Below are positions 39,139 through 50,559 of a stretch of DNA of 64,000 nt, one piece after another. This stretch comes from Nemertoderma westbladi. Its lineage: Eukaryota; Animalia; Xenacoelomorpha. The stretch is taken from assembly GCA_032718475.1 (NCBI GenBank), contig JAUCBJ010006628.1:1-64000 (forward strand). The letters are read 5' to 3'. Under the pieces are notes generated by a model. The model was not told the DNA's origin. It saw only the letters and a program-made list of their open reading frames with translations, and searched no databases. The translations under genes and the position numbers were made by a program. The first letter of the stretch is position 1. Each line of letters starts with the position of its first letter.

Positions 39139-40355
39139 GTGTACCACAATTAAACAGATAACTCAATCGCTTCCTAGCTAAACTAAATAGATTTTAATCT
39201 ATGAAATAATTGACATTTTGCTAAACATTGACAGCATTGTGGGAAGCTCATAGACACTAACTGTTTGTCCAAATTTATTGTTACTATTTATTTCGTGTTT
39301 CAGCAACACGTTTAAAACGGCTATTATATTATTACAAGAAATAAAATTTAATTTTTTAACATTGTGAATTTTTTCGAAATTTTGGAATTTTTTTAAATTT
39401 GAAGGAGCTGGGGGAACCTAAAGAAGAAATTTTTTTTTAATATCTTTTGTACTAGAGTCTTATTTCATTGGTCCACAACTTTTTTTCACGATTAGAAGTC
39501 GGAAAATTTAATTTTTTAACATTGTGATTTTTTTCGAAATTTTGGAAATTTTTGAAATTTGAAGGAGCTGGGGGAACCTAAAGATGAAATTTTTTTTTTA
39601 ATATCTTTTGTACTAATTATTTCATTGGTCCACAACTTTTTTTCACTATTAGAAGTCGGAAAATTTAATTTTTTAACATTGTGATTTTTTTCGAAATTTT
39701 GGAAATTTTTGAAATTTGAAGGAGCTGGGGGAACCTAAAGATGAAATTTTTTTTTAATTTTTTTTGTACTAGAGTCTTATTTCATTGGTCCACAACTTTT
39801 TTTCACTATTAGAAGTCGGAATTCGAAAAAAAAGTCAAATAAGGCCCACCCTACCCTTCAGCCCTCCGATAAACGTATCGATATCGTAGTTCCACCACAG
39901 GAAAGAAGTGGACCTCCTATGGATATTGATCAACCAGGTACCTCGACTGGCGGATACATCGACTGCAACCCAAACCCTTCTGACGCAATTGTATTGCACC
40001 CTCCCTTCCCCAAGTAGTTATAGCCCTCCTAGTAAAGTGGCTTATGCCGTGGAGAAAAAGTCATTCTAGAAATGAGTTCTAGAAGGATTGATTGTTTAGA
40101 GTAGTAAATTATTAGATTATTATAAAATTACAATTATTATGGCTCTCCCTGTAACCTCACATTTCAAGCAATAAAGTAACATGTGAGGTATTGACCAACA
40201 CCATTTTGTGTCAAAAATTACACAATGGCCTTTCTTTCTAGTGTTTTAATATACACATTGATAGTCCCTAAAATGTGACGCAGTCTTTGAAAAAAAATGA
40301 TCTGCAGAGGTATCCCTCTTCATACTCATTCATAATATTATTATTTCCGTTGCAG

Positions 40356-41791
40356 CTCACAATGTAATTTGTAATAAAACAACACAATTTCAATGTGGAG
40401 ATAAATATGGAACATGTCTTAATAAAAGTTGGAAATGTGACAGAAAGGTCGATTGTCCAAATAAAGCCGATGAGAAGAATTGTAGTCATGGGGGATGCGC
40501 TTTTGGTGAATTTATGTGTTTGGGTGATTTCTCTTGTATTCCTGACAGCCAGCTGTGCCACAATGGCACTCAGTGTATGGATGAATCGGACGAAATGTAC
40601 TGTAATGCTGAAAAAACTTCTCTCCAACTGGCAGATTGTGACAACCCGACTGATTTCACCTGCCCCTTCCAAAGAGCACCTCCTTACCAAGATCGTTTCA
40701 TACTTGTATGTTTTCCCCCAGATGTAGTTTGTGACACAAATTCAAATTGTGTTCAACGTAATGCTACTCTTGATGTTTATTACTCAGATGAGGACAATTT
40801 TATTGGAAATTGCACAGGTTACACACCTTGCAGTAATAATACAGATTTTGCATGCCTCAACCACCAGGAATGCATACCTTATAACAAAGAAAATGATGGT
40901 CATGATGATTGCAGTGATGGTTCTGATGAGAATGGTGGGGTGACTACATTGGGTACATCTTGCGATGTATTGGAAGACACCTATCCTGAAGCTTATAGAA
41001 GGTGTGTAACTCTTATGGCAAGTCGGGCAGAAGCTTTGGAGACCCAAAGGCTGCAAGCTCAACAAGCATGTCTGAATGAGTTGTCAAAAGATGGATGTAC
41101 TGATTACAAGGATTTGGGTTTGTGTGGCTTACTAAACCCCGAAGGTATAGATTTGTTAAAATGCCGAGTGTATGAATCAAATGGCGTTTCAAAGGGTTTT
41201 CTTATGATTCAAAATCGGATGTTTCGATTCAAAAATTTTGATTTTGCTCAGGGTTGGAAGAGATATACACATGGATTTGGAAACGAAAGTAGTTATTGGT
41301 TAGGATTGAAAAATATTGCTGCCATTACGAAGTTAGCAAAGTCAGTGAATCGCACAGCTGTACTCAGAGTGTTTCTGGCACATGATGGTTGGGATGTAAC
41401 ACACCAGACCGAATATACACTTACTTGTTCCAAATATAACAGCTTTCATGTTGTCGATTCGACCACTTTCATGGCCGAAGTAAGTGGTGGTGTTGAGAAT
41501 GGATGTGATATTAGTGTATTAGGTGTGCCTTTGGCTACTCATGCGCTTTTTATGCAGAATATCAATGGTAAACGTTTTTCTACATTTGATAATGACAACG
41601 ACGACCTTCATGATAGGAATTTAGTTGAGGAGTTCGGTGGTTCCAGTCCCGGGGGCTGGTGGTTTGGTTCATCTTTTGAGGGTAATCTCAATGGTGGAAA
41701 AAATATTAGTGATACGAATCAGGGCCAAGGTCTGACAACAGGACTTGATGGAACTCAATATGTCGTATCATTTATGTATGTTGATTTTTGA
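40356..41791 (+). CDS. Terminal exon of gene copy 1: four LDL-receptor class A repeats, a Cys/helical linker and a fibrinogen-like C-terminal (FReD) domain
   Basis: ttccgttgcag| acceptor, phase 1; the frame is open 52 codons upstream of the track ATG (HNVICNKTTQFQCGDKYGTCLNKSWKCDRKVDCPNKADEKNC); LDLa D-C..(S/A)DE motifs; FReD motifs IQNR, W..Y..GFG, YWLGL, FSTFDNDND, GGWWF and NLNG; intact to TGA. Confidence 0.92.
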
Positions 41792-44700
41792 TGATGTGTT
41801 TTCTCTAGACATTTTATTTTATATGGAATAGGGTGTTTAACAGGTATTGCAGCCCAGGTCAGCCAAAACAGTTTAAATGTTTCTTTGTGATTCAATATAC
41901 GAATCAAAAAAATTCACTAAATTGGTGATGTAATCAGCAAAAATGTCAGCACAAAATACAAATATCAGCAAAAGTAATTGTGATGCTTTGAATTGTCATT
42001 AATTTTTTTTCATTATATCATTTCTTATAAAATATCAAATAAGATCTAATTTCTATGCAGAATTTAATAGAGATTAATTTGCATTCCGTTTTTTTGTATT
42101 ACTCGAGTAATCAGAAAAAATTTGAGGGGTAGTTAATTTTTATTTTCGGCAGCCCTTCGTACGGCACTGGAGTTGGCCCATTAAGCAGATGAGTGCCAAA
42201 TGTAGGTTACAAAAGAAAATATTTGGAATGAAATTATTATAAAATACAAAGTCTGATGCAATATTTAGTTGGGTGATATCAGGTAGCTTCATGCAGTATG
42301 ACGTGAGGTGAGGTTAATCCTGTAGAAATCACTGATCATGCTGTGTAAAAATACCTGCTAAAATTCTCAATTTGAAGGGCCCATTAAATATTGCATGCTA
42401 GGGTTTCCTTCCATAAGACAAATTCACCTTGGTTTAGTTACCATAATATCTGACCTAAAAATAACAAAATAAAGCCCAGCTATTCAAAAGTCAATAGTGC
42501 CGAAAAGTTGATGAACCATTTTCAATTAATATTGCGATCAGGAGAAGCTTATGAAAGGAATGATTGGCAATGGAATTAAGAGAGGTGGCATGTCTATTGG
42601 CTCCATGTGTGCTGAACTAATGTCTCAAATGCTTCCAGGGAGAAGTTATAGCCACAGTTAGAAGGTGTAGTCACTAGTTCTAAGTATTTCATGGTGATTC
42701 CAATCTCGGTCTCACCCACCACTAAGTTTCAATTTAATTTCAATTTCAATTTTACAATGCACATTACAAACATTACAATTTATATAGATTTACAATTTAA
42801 AAATATTGATACTGCACATATCAAATTATATTTATCACAATTAGAGATATATTGCTTCACTAGTACGTGACTCAAACTATAGTTCAATAGTTCACACCTC
42901 AATTTAAGGACTGGCTCGAAGCGATATGACTTGTAATTCGACATGATTGCATCCCAAATCAGAAGATGACCTTTGGACAACGTTCCATTGGACAAAGGTC
43001 ATCCCATCGACCAATTTTCCATTTCCTGTTCCACTCTTCTATATTGCTTAATATACTGATCCTGGGTTCCAACCAGCATTACTCTTAAGTATCAGACAAT
43101 GTAGACCAGACCAATGCAGATGAGCTTGTCACATTTTTTGTCAGGTTTTGTCACATTATTGCCAAGTCGAGTAGTATTGGTGATGCAGGACTGACGGTTG
43201 TTGAGCTTCATTCTGAGGGAAGAATTGCATCAAGCTAACTTTCTACGTTGCTGTTAATGGAATTCAGCCCAGTGATATCGGAAAGGAGGTTCCCTTTTTT
43301 GTCATAAATTGATCATCCAATCTCTCTTTTGCCTCTCACAGGGGTTCGGATAAACGTCATAGGCCAATACGAATGATTTCCACATTTCCTGGCCTATAAT
43401 GTTGACTGCGTCAGCTCTGGTTAGAAAAGCTATCCAAACAAATCAGCTGTGGGTTCTGAGGTTAATAGAGCCATCAAAAAGATCAGTGGGGATAGCCAGA
43501 GAAGCCAAGAAGGAAGAAGGTGCAAGCTGTATAGTGCTGGTTATGGTGAGACCTATGGTAGTGAAATACACCTAGAACAAAGCTCTGTCATTGATATGTG
43601 TGTTGTAAATTTCTGGAGGGCCTATCTGATGGAGTAATACAATTCAGCAAGGAGGTCAGTGTGTAAAAGGATCAAATTGGTTAAATAGGGTGCAGTGTCG
43701 TGAAATAAATTTATCTTGGAATGGGTAATGAATATTTCATGAGGAAGAAGGTATTTAAATGAGTGGTAGACTTATCTTCAAGGTTGCTAGATAGCAGGGT
43801 TAAACCTGAGCCCGCCTTGCTCCAATTCCCATGCGGTCTCTGTAGGTACTTTAAATCTATGCTGTAGTCACCATTGAGACAACATCCATCACCCAGCTTT
43901 ACTTGTGATAGCAATGTTTAGTTCAGAAACAGAATTGACCATTTGCACCACTCTGTTGTACTTCTTATGAGAGGTGGATGTCAAGTTCTTCAGACGTACT
44001 CTTATTTATTTTATAAGATAGCTGAACTGCTGGCAACTATAGTGTGTGCTTGTATAATGCAAGATTGAGGTAGTTTGAAAGAGTGATGTTGAGCATTGTA
44101 TCTCAGAGAATGGAATTGTAGATATCATACATCAGGGGGAAAAACCAGGTTTGTTTGCTGATTCTGTAATACATCTGTTGGCATGGGTGGCTGTCTCGGC
44201 CACACATTCTGTTCCAATTCTAATATGGATGATGGATGTTTGAAATGATGCTTGACCTCTCCTTCTTTACATGTGTATCTTCTAAAGCATCATTAATCGA
44301 AGAGGGATTTGTTGGCAACCCCATTCTCTATTTTGCTACATGTCTCCAATGGATCACGGCTAGGTTATTATATGTGTACACATACTATGGATGTATAATT
44401 TTGTGCAAATCGGCTTTTACAGGGTTATTTACACAAACTAAAAAATTATTATATCTTATTTAATCGTACTCCCAGTGGGGGGAAGGGAAAGAGGTTAAAC
44501 CCAGGAACTTAAGATCCAAGTTATTCAGTTAATTAAATCTACGACATTGAATAATAAATAATTTTTACTCAATATGTTGGTTACATCAATAAATTTTCCC
44601 TTGTCAGATTAAAATAATATTATCTTATAGATGATGGTAGATCCCACTAAGTCACATTTCTGAGGTTTTGGCTGACCAGCATAATTACTGTAGTTCTGTA

Positions 44701-45081
44701 GGAAGAAGTGCTACAACCCGGTGGATCCCATTTTTCTGAAGTACAACATTTATTTAAGATACTGCAATATGGGTTATATGTAAAATTAACAAATAAAACA
44801 AAGTAAAATATTTACAACCAATTCAAGACCACTATAAAGAGAAGGACATTTTATATGTTGGTGGAGCATAAAATTAATATTGATAGGAGAAAATGAAGCT
44901 AATTGAAGTCCTTCTATATAATTTTCGAACTGGGAACATCAACATTTTGGATTAGTAGATACAATCTGGTTTTGAAACTTGTGGGCTAGGTAAATAAGGA
45001 GCTTCTGGGTGCATGGGGAGTCCGATATCAATGGGAAGATCTCCATGAGGCATTATTCTCTCTACTATATATACTACCCTG

Positions 45082-45183
45082 GTATTAATGGTTGCTATTT
45101 ATATGTATCTTAGTATTAATGGTTGTTATTAATATGTATCCTAGTATTAATGGTTGTTATTTATATGTAAGATTAATGGTTGT
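45082..45183. repeat. About 30-bp tandem repeat, 3-4 copies (GTATTAATGGTTGTTATTTATATGTATCCTA)
   Basis: Directly visible. Confidence 0.7.
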
Positions 45184-45403
45184 CTTTCTTGTGGTTATAG
45201 CATATTTTGAATCTAATATCATGTAATGGCTGTTTTGGGTTTGTAGACATACTGTATTCTATCCGCACTATAATTATTGCATGTTATTTTGGATTTTATA
45301 TATATTATTTATTTTACTATTACTTTAGCCTATACTGACTCATATACTGGTATAACTATTGCTTAATAAACGGATATAACTTTCTCTTTATTTCATATCT
45401 AGT

Positions 45404-45490
45404 GAACTTTGAGTAGCTCTGAGTAGCTCAGTTGTTTGAGCGCGAGGTATACAATCTATTGGTTGAAGGTTCGAGATCCATTGGGGGTTC
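45404..45490 (+). mobile_element. tRNA-derived SINE head or tRNA pseudogene
   Basis: A box TAGCTCAGTTG (locally duplicated) and B-box-like GGTTCGAGATCC; stems poorly paired. Confidence 0.5.
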
Positions 45491-46189
45491 AAACAAGTGT
45501 CGATAATGTTGAACTAAATAAAGTTGATAAAGTGAGGACCAGTTGAATTAGCTGGGAGCAAAATTTGGGATAGGTGTAGCACCCACCGGGTATCGCAAGA
45601 GGTGCCTCCGGGACGCCTCCAGCTTCAGCTGACTGTTTCCTATTGTTTTTTTTAACTTTGAGGAATTGTATAGGAAATATATGCTGTACATACATTTGGA
45701 CAATTGGAGTGGTAAGGTTTATAATGGTAAATAGGTTAGGCAATAGGAAGTTCAAATGGTTTTGGTCCCATTAATGTCAAAAATGAATCTAACTAATGAA
45801 CTCCCTAAACTAAATTGAGAGAAATTATGTTTGAAATATATATAACATTTAGTTCTTTTATTGGGACTTACCAGACACTGCTATTGTATAACCTGATCAG
45901 CCTGATATTGTTCTATGGTAGACGGATGGCGAGGTGAGTCATTACCAGGTTGTCAGTCATTGACATTGCTGAGCCATTTACTAATATGTACTGGTTGTGG
46001 GGCGAGCTGCGAAAGTAAGCGAGCTTAGCATACGGGTACCACTAACTCAATCGGTGTGTCTGTTGTTCTGTTATGTCAAATTTTAAACGTTAATAACGAT
46101 CTTAATCAATCTTCAAATGATCCAAATCTTAATGAAACATATCCAAACTTGGTAAACATGTTGTTTGGCAAAAGTTCCAGAGAAAGTTT

Positions 46190-46480
46190 CAGACTAATTG
46201 CTCAACAATTGTAGAAGTAGTAGGGTTTTGAAGTTGACAATTTCATAAATAAAATATTTCGAGATAATAGACCTTTTCTATATACATAGTAAGTAATAGT
46301 AATTTCAATAGGGCACCCTAAAAGGAAATTGTTATAGCTTGAAAACTAAAAGAGATATTAAATGGCGGTTTACCCCAGATTTAGAAACATTTAATCGTCC
46401 ATTATAATCGATCATAAAAAAATACTATCGCAATATTTTGGACCCAAATGGTGTACCCCCACCCCACCCCCAACCCCCCC
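46190..46480 (-). mobile_element. Diverged partial copy of the Kolobok-like MITE
   Basis: Reverse complement of about 25302-25585; ends AAATGGTGTACCCCC...CCCC|TTAA. Confidence 0.8.
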
Positions 46481-47650
46481 TTAATAACAAAAAATTGTTC
46501 TGGATTTCATAATTTGATAAGTGATAAATTATATTTTATGGAGCATAATTTTGAGTATGAATGTGCTCCATTTGCAGACACAATGCACAATGTTTTAACA
46601 ACTTGTACTGCTGATTCGACATACCTATGTGGGGAAAAAGTAGGATCTAAGTCCATTTCTGGACGGAAAAACAATAGACTGATGTACTGTATACCGGTAC
46701 GGTAAGTACTGCTGTACTAGAACTGATTGGTGTTGGGGTTGATAACGGGCTACCGGTACCGGCAGTAATTGAGATTATTCTGAGTGCAGTTTAAGTTGTA
46801 CGATATCTTTAACATTGATAACTGGCATTAGACAACATTGTTTTCATCACAACCTATTACTTTGTGAGTTGTATGACCGCCAATTCACATCTCCCATCCA
46901 TCCATCGATAGAGATAGTGACAAGAGCTTGGAATTTAGGTCCACCATATGTAGTTAAGGTTGGACTTACTCCGTATTCAGAGAAGTGCAACTAATGCTTG
47001 ATTCAATCTGGAAAGCTGGAGGAATTCTGTCACTATTGGATAACCTAATAAAACGTTTTTTTACCACAAAGACTTTATTGGCTAAGCTAAATATATCTGA
47101 AGAGCAGCTTGAAAACAATATATAGGTATAGGTATAGTGCCAAATATCAGTAGTTCATCCGTTAAACTTAATAATTAATATTATTGGGACATACGAATCA
47201 AAAATGTGGTTTTTGTATCGTTATTAATAATTCCTGGCCAATAAACAGTTGTCTTGCATGTGCACAATTTTTTTTATATTCTGATGACTGGCATGCAATT
47301 TAATCAAGATGTCTTTCTTAACATTATTGAAGGCGCAATAATTCCTTCGCCCCAAAGCACTACCTTTAACCAAAACTCATATAATTTATATTCTTTAATT
47401 AAATTAATAGACATAATATTGGCTAGATACTTCCCCTAAAGCCTCGATAAGGTTTTGTCAATTTCAGTGCCCAATGACGGAACTTCATGAGGACAGGGTC
47501 TGTTGCTATATCTCCATAAATGGGAGCTGCAGCACGAATTTGTTAATTAAAATTACTTTGTAAGTTATTTTAGAGAACTACACTGTAATGCAAGGACTTC
47601 GGAACAATATGCAGGGTATGAATATTTTGATTTTCATTATCCGTTTTTCT

Positions 47651-47833
47651 TACTACTACTATCAGCATGCTGTATTGCATGCTGCATTATATATATTACA
47701 TATATATTAAGATTACTGTGCCTACTTGTCGACAAAAATGCGTCGCTACAACTCTTTTTCACCCATGACATTTGCTAGATCATCCGTATTTTCAAGGCCA
47801 GTTTGCTTTAAGAGGCGTCTCAAGAAAGTCATG
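47651..47833 (-). mobile_element. Older 3'-end fragment of the RTE family
   Basis: Reverse complement of 24757-24923, including the (TAG)n tail read as TACTACTACT; more diverged than the other copies. Confidence 0.75.
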
Positions 47834-49539
47834 GTCATTATTGTTACCTTAGGCAAGGATGTAAAATTACTCGTTTTGTAGTTCTATATTGAATAAGCCG
47901 TATTTTCACTGAACCTTGCATTGGATTATATAGATATATATAGTAAATCATTTGGATGATTTTGGTTGAAATTATTATTGTGATCAATAAAATGCAACTC
48001 AATAATGATTTCCTAACATTTGCAAATTTGAAGGAACTTGATCACATAAAATCAACTTACATTAAACGTTTACTAGGAATACATTACATATTACAGCACC
48101 AATTACACTTCAGCTATGCATCTTGTTGACGAACATTTATTGCGACTCGCTCACTGCCGACTGTATCTGCCGCTATTGCAACTCCAACTGTTCCGACCGC
48201 TTCTCGTTCTCGTTGTGCGATGCACAACGTCCCCGACTCTAGTGGAACTGGCAGCAAATGCGCAATGAGTTTCGCATTGCACGAGTTACAGGTGCTTTAT
48301 TACCAAAAAATGCATCGCTAGGTCTAAGAAAAATGTAACATATGCATAATTTGCCGTTTGTTAATGACTAAACTGGTGGTGTTTTTACACTTACCCCTAT
48401 GGACATACAGTAAGAAGCCATAGACTATTGAAAAATAGAAGTAAAAGCTCGGCTAGCTCTTAACATTATTTATTGCGTAAAAATGGTGTGACTATATAAT
48501 AATAAAACTATATCCGTATAATATAGCCGTTATCACTCCATATAAGGTTGTTGGAATGTTGGCACAGTACAGTATAATTGCTCGATGTCACATATTGCAG
48601 CTTCATAATTTACGATTATTAAAAAACTCCGACTACTGCACCACTGCCTGGCTATATGACGATTCGCACAGTATATACAATACACATACAGTTATTTCGT
48701 TTAACACACTCCACGTAACTTATTGTAGTTTATTCTTACATACAGTTGCTCTGTCTACCTACTGAGTACACGTCTTAGAATCTTCACCCACGTAGACTAT
48801 ATACCTACATAGACATCAATTACAGTTGGTCTATCCAACATACTCACAAGCGTCTGCTGAGTTTTCTCTATTTAATTTTGTTTATTAACAGATGAAAATC
48901 TATCTGAAATCGCAAATATTGACATAAAAGGAAAACAAGTGAAGGTAGTTAATTTATTGCACTCCGAAGTATTTATGTTGTCTTCCGGTATTGGTATATG
49001 AAATTTTGTAAAATTTATCTATTTAAAAATGTATTTAATTTAATCAATTGCTTATGCAGGGTTGAACAATAAATACACTGCACGTTAGTTCCTGGCGATT
49101 TAAAAAATGATGAAAAATACATTTTTAAAAAATACTCTTAAAAGTTATCATATTATTATTACCTATTTATTACATATTCAAAGATCAATAATTAAAATTA
49201 CTATTAAAATAGTATTACTGTAAAATAAAATACTGCTATGGCAAAGGGTTAAAGTCATTAAAATTGCTAATAAACTTTTGTGGAAATACTGTAAATAAAT
49301 ATTATGTTTTTATAATGAACAAGTGAATATTAAGTAAAATGTAAAAAAAAAAAACATTACACCAGAAGATTGACTATGGAAGTAAATGTAAAAGAATAAA
49401 TAAATAAAATAGTACAGCTGTTTATATATTTAATTACTGAAATAAAATACTCTAAGATGTCGCATAGGCCATCGGCAGAAGGGTCAGTTCTGCCGATAAA
49501 TTATTGTATGATATGTTATTTTTAAATAAATGTTTACGA

Positions 49540-49812
49540 AATTTTTAATTTTTAAATTTAATAATTAATTACGCACAAAGTCTTACGACTTATTTCCAGT
49601 GCGGTCCCAACAGAACTATACTCCCCAGAGGAAACTTCAGTACTCATTTAGCTTCTATTTAAGAATGCAAGGCATAGAGGTGAGCCCTGCCTAGTCCTTC
49701 CTTCAATCCATTCGTGCCGAAACTAAAACTGCCCTGGCCCTTGCGGAGATTGAACCCACGACCTCCACAAGGGATGTGAATTTATTACAAACCACTACAC
49801 CAAGGTGGAACC
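49540..49812 (-). mobile_element. tRNA-derived SINE with an L2-type 3' tail
   Basis: On the minus strand: A box TGGTGTAGTGG, B box GGTTCAATCTCC, central AAATGAGTAC, and 3' GACCGCACTGGAAATAAG...GTGCGTAAT homologous to the LINE tail at 7642-7681. Confidence 0.75.
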
Positions 49813-50351
49813 TATTTGCTTAAGAGAACTAACTTGTACATGTTAACTACATTGGGGCTGAGTTAACTTTAAGTAAAAAAATTGACAGACAAATTGTTGG
49901 AATTTGGAGGACATTAAAATTAAGCAAATCTTCTAAAATTCACGGTCATCAGAATATTTTATTAGTGTATAAAATCAATGAGTTTAAATAAATATGAAAT
50001 ATATTTGTGAGATTCGTTCTCGAGATTTTGCTTAAAATATGTAGGCTGACACATTGTAATTCTAAACATCAGCCAGCATGTCAATGCGATATAGGCATGC
50101 CACTATAAATAATTCTTCCCCCAGACTGAAGAATGCGCGAATTGTACGCCAAATAATTCAATTAGGTTAATTAAAGTAATTCCAATGATAAAGTGGAAAT
50201 ATCTCGCGATAAGACACAAAAAATCGTAACCTGTAAATAAATAAATACCTTATTATTTAGGGGGTGGGGTCGGGGGGTCTGGCTATTTGTTATGTACCAT
50301 ACCTGTATTATTATTTCCAATTCATTTATTTATACTATTAATCACAGGAAA

Positions 50352-50453
50352 ATGCTGCCGTTTAATTGGATGATAGTTGTACTTGCCATAGTCGGTTTGA
50401 CGTCTCAGAGAGTCCAAGGAACATCTTCAAACAGTGATTATTTAGTAACACAG
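50352..50453 (+). CDS. First coding exon of gene copy 2: signal peptide (MLPFNWMIVVLAIVGLTSQRVQGTSSNSDYLVTQ)
   Basis: cacag| acceptor at 50347, AAAATG start context, hydrophobic core with a VQG cleavage-type motif, cag|gtcggt donor; phase 0 matches exon A'. Confidence 0.75.
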
Positions 50454-50559
50454 GTCGGTATAATTCTAGCATTTCTTATTATGTTTTTCAAGTTAATACA
50501 ATCAATCAATTGTATATTCTTTATATTCTTTATATATTTATATAATAGTATATTCATCA

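Larger units (their letters stand above)
35158..39853 (-). mobile_element. hATm-type DNA transposon with long TIRs
   Basis: Perfect 8-bp TSD CCCTTCAG (35150-35157 and 39854-39861); termini TAG(T/G)GTGGGCCTTATTTGAC; TIRs about 35158-35695 and 39147-39853. Confidence 0.92.

Noticed and set aside
40514-41791. ORF-track start at ATG 40514 as a stand-alone gene
   Set aside because: That Met lies inside LDLa2; the frame extends upstream to a splice acceptor at 40355 and there is no signal peptide at this start
42900-44350. Possible very old RT relic on the minus strand (MDVVSM-like and LP.GSP-like traces)
   Set aside because: Motifs are too degraded to support a call by eye; a profile HMM search is needed
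45404-45490. Functional tRNA gene
   Set aside because: A and B boxes are present, but the stems and anticodon arm do not form a proper cloverleaf; treated as a SINE or pseudogene
48892-48944. Candidate 5' UTR exon (acag|...gaag|gtagtt), and a TATA-like element near 50104, for copy 2
   Set aside because: Plausible, but such motifs are common in AT-rich DNA and there is no paralogous or transcript support
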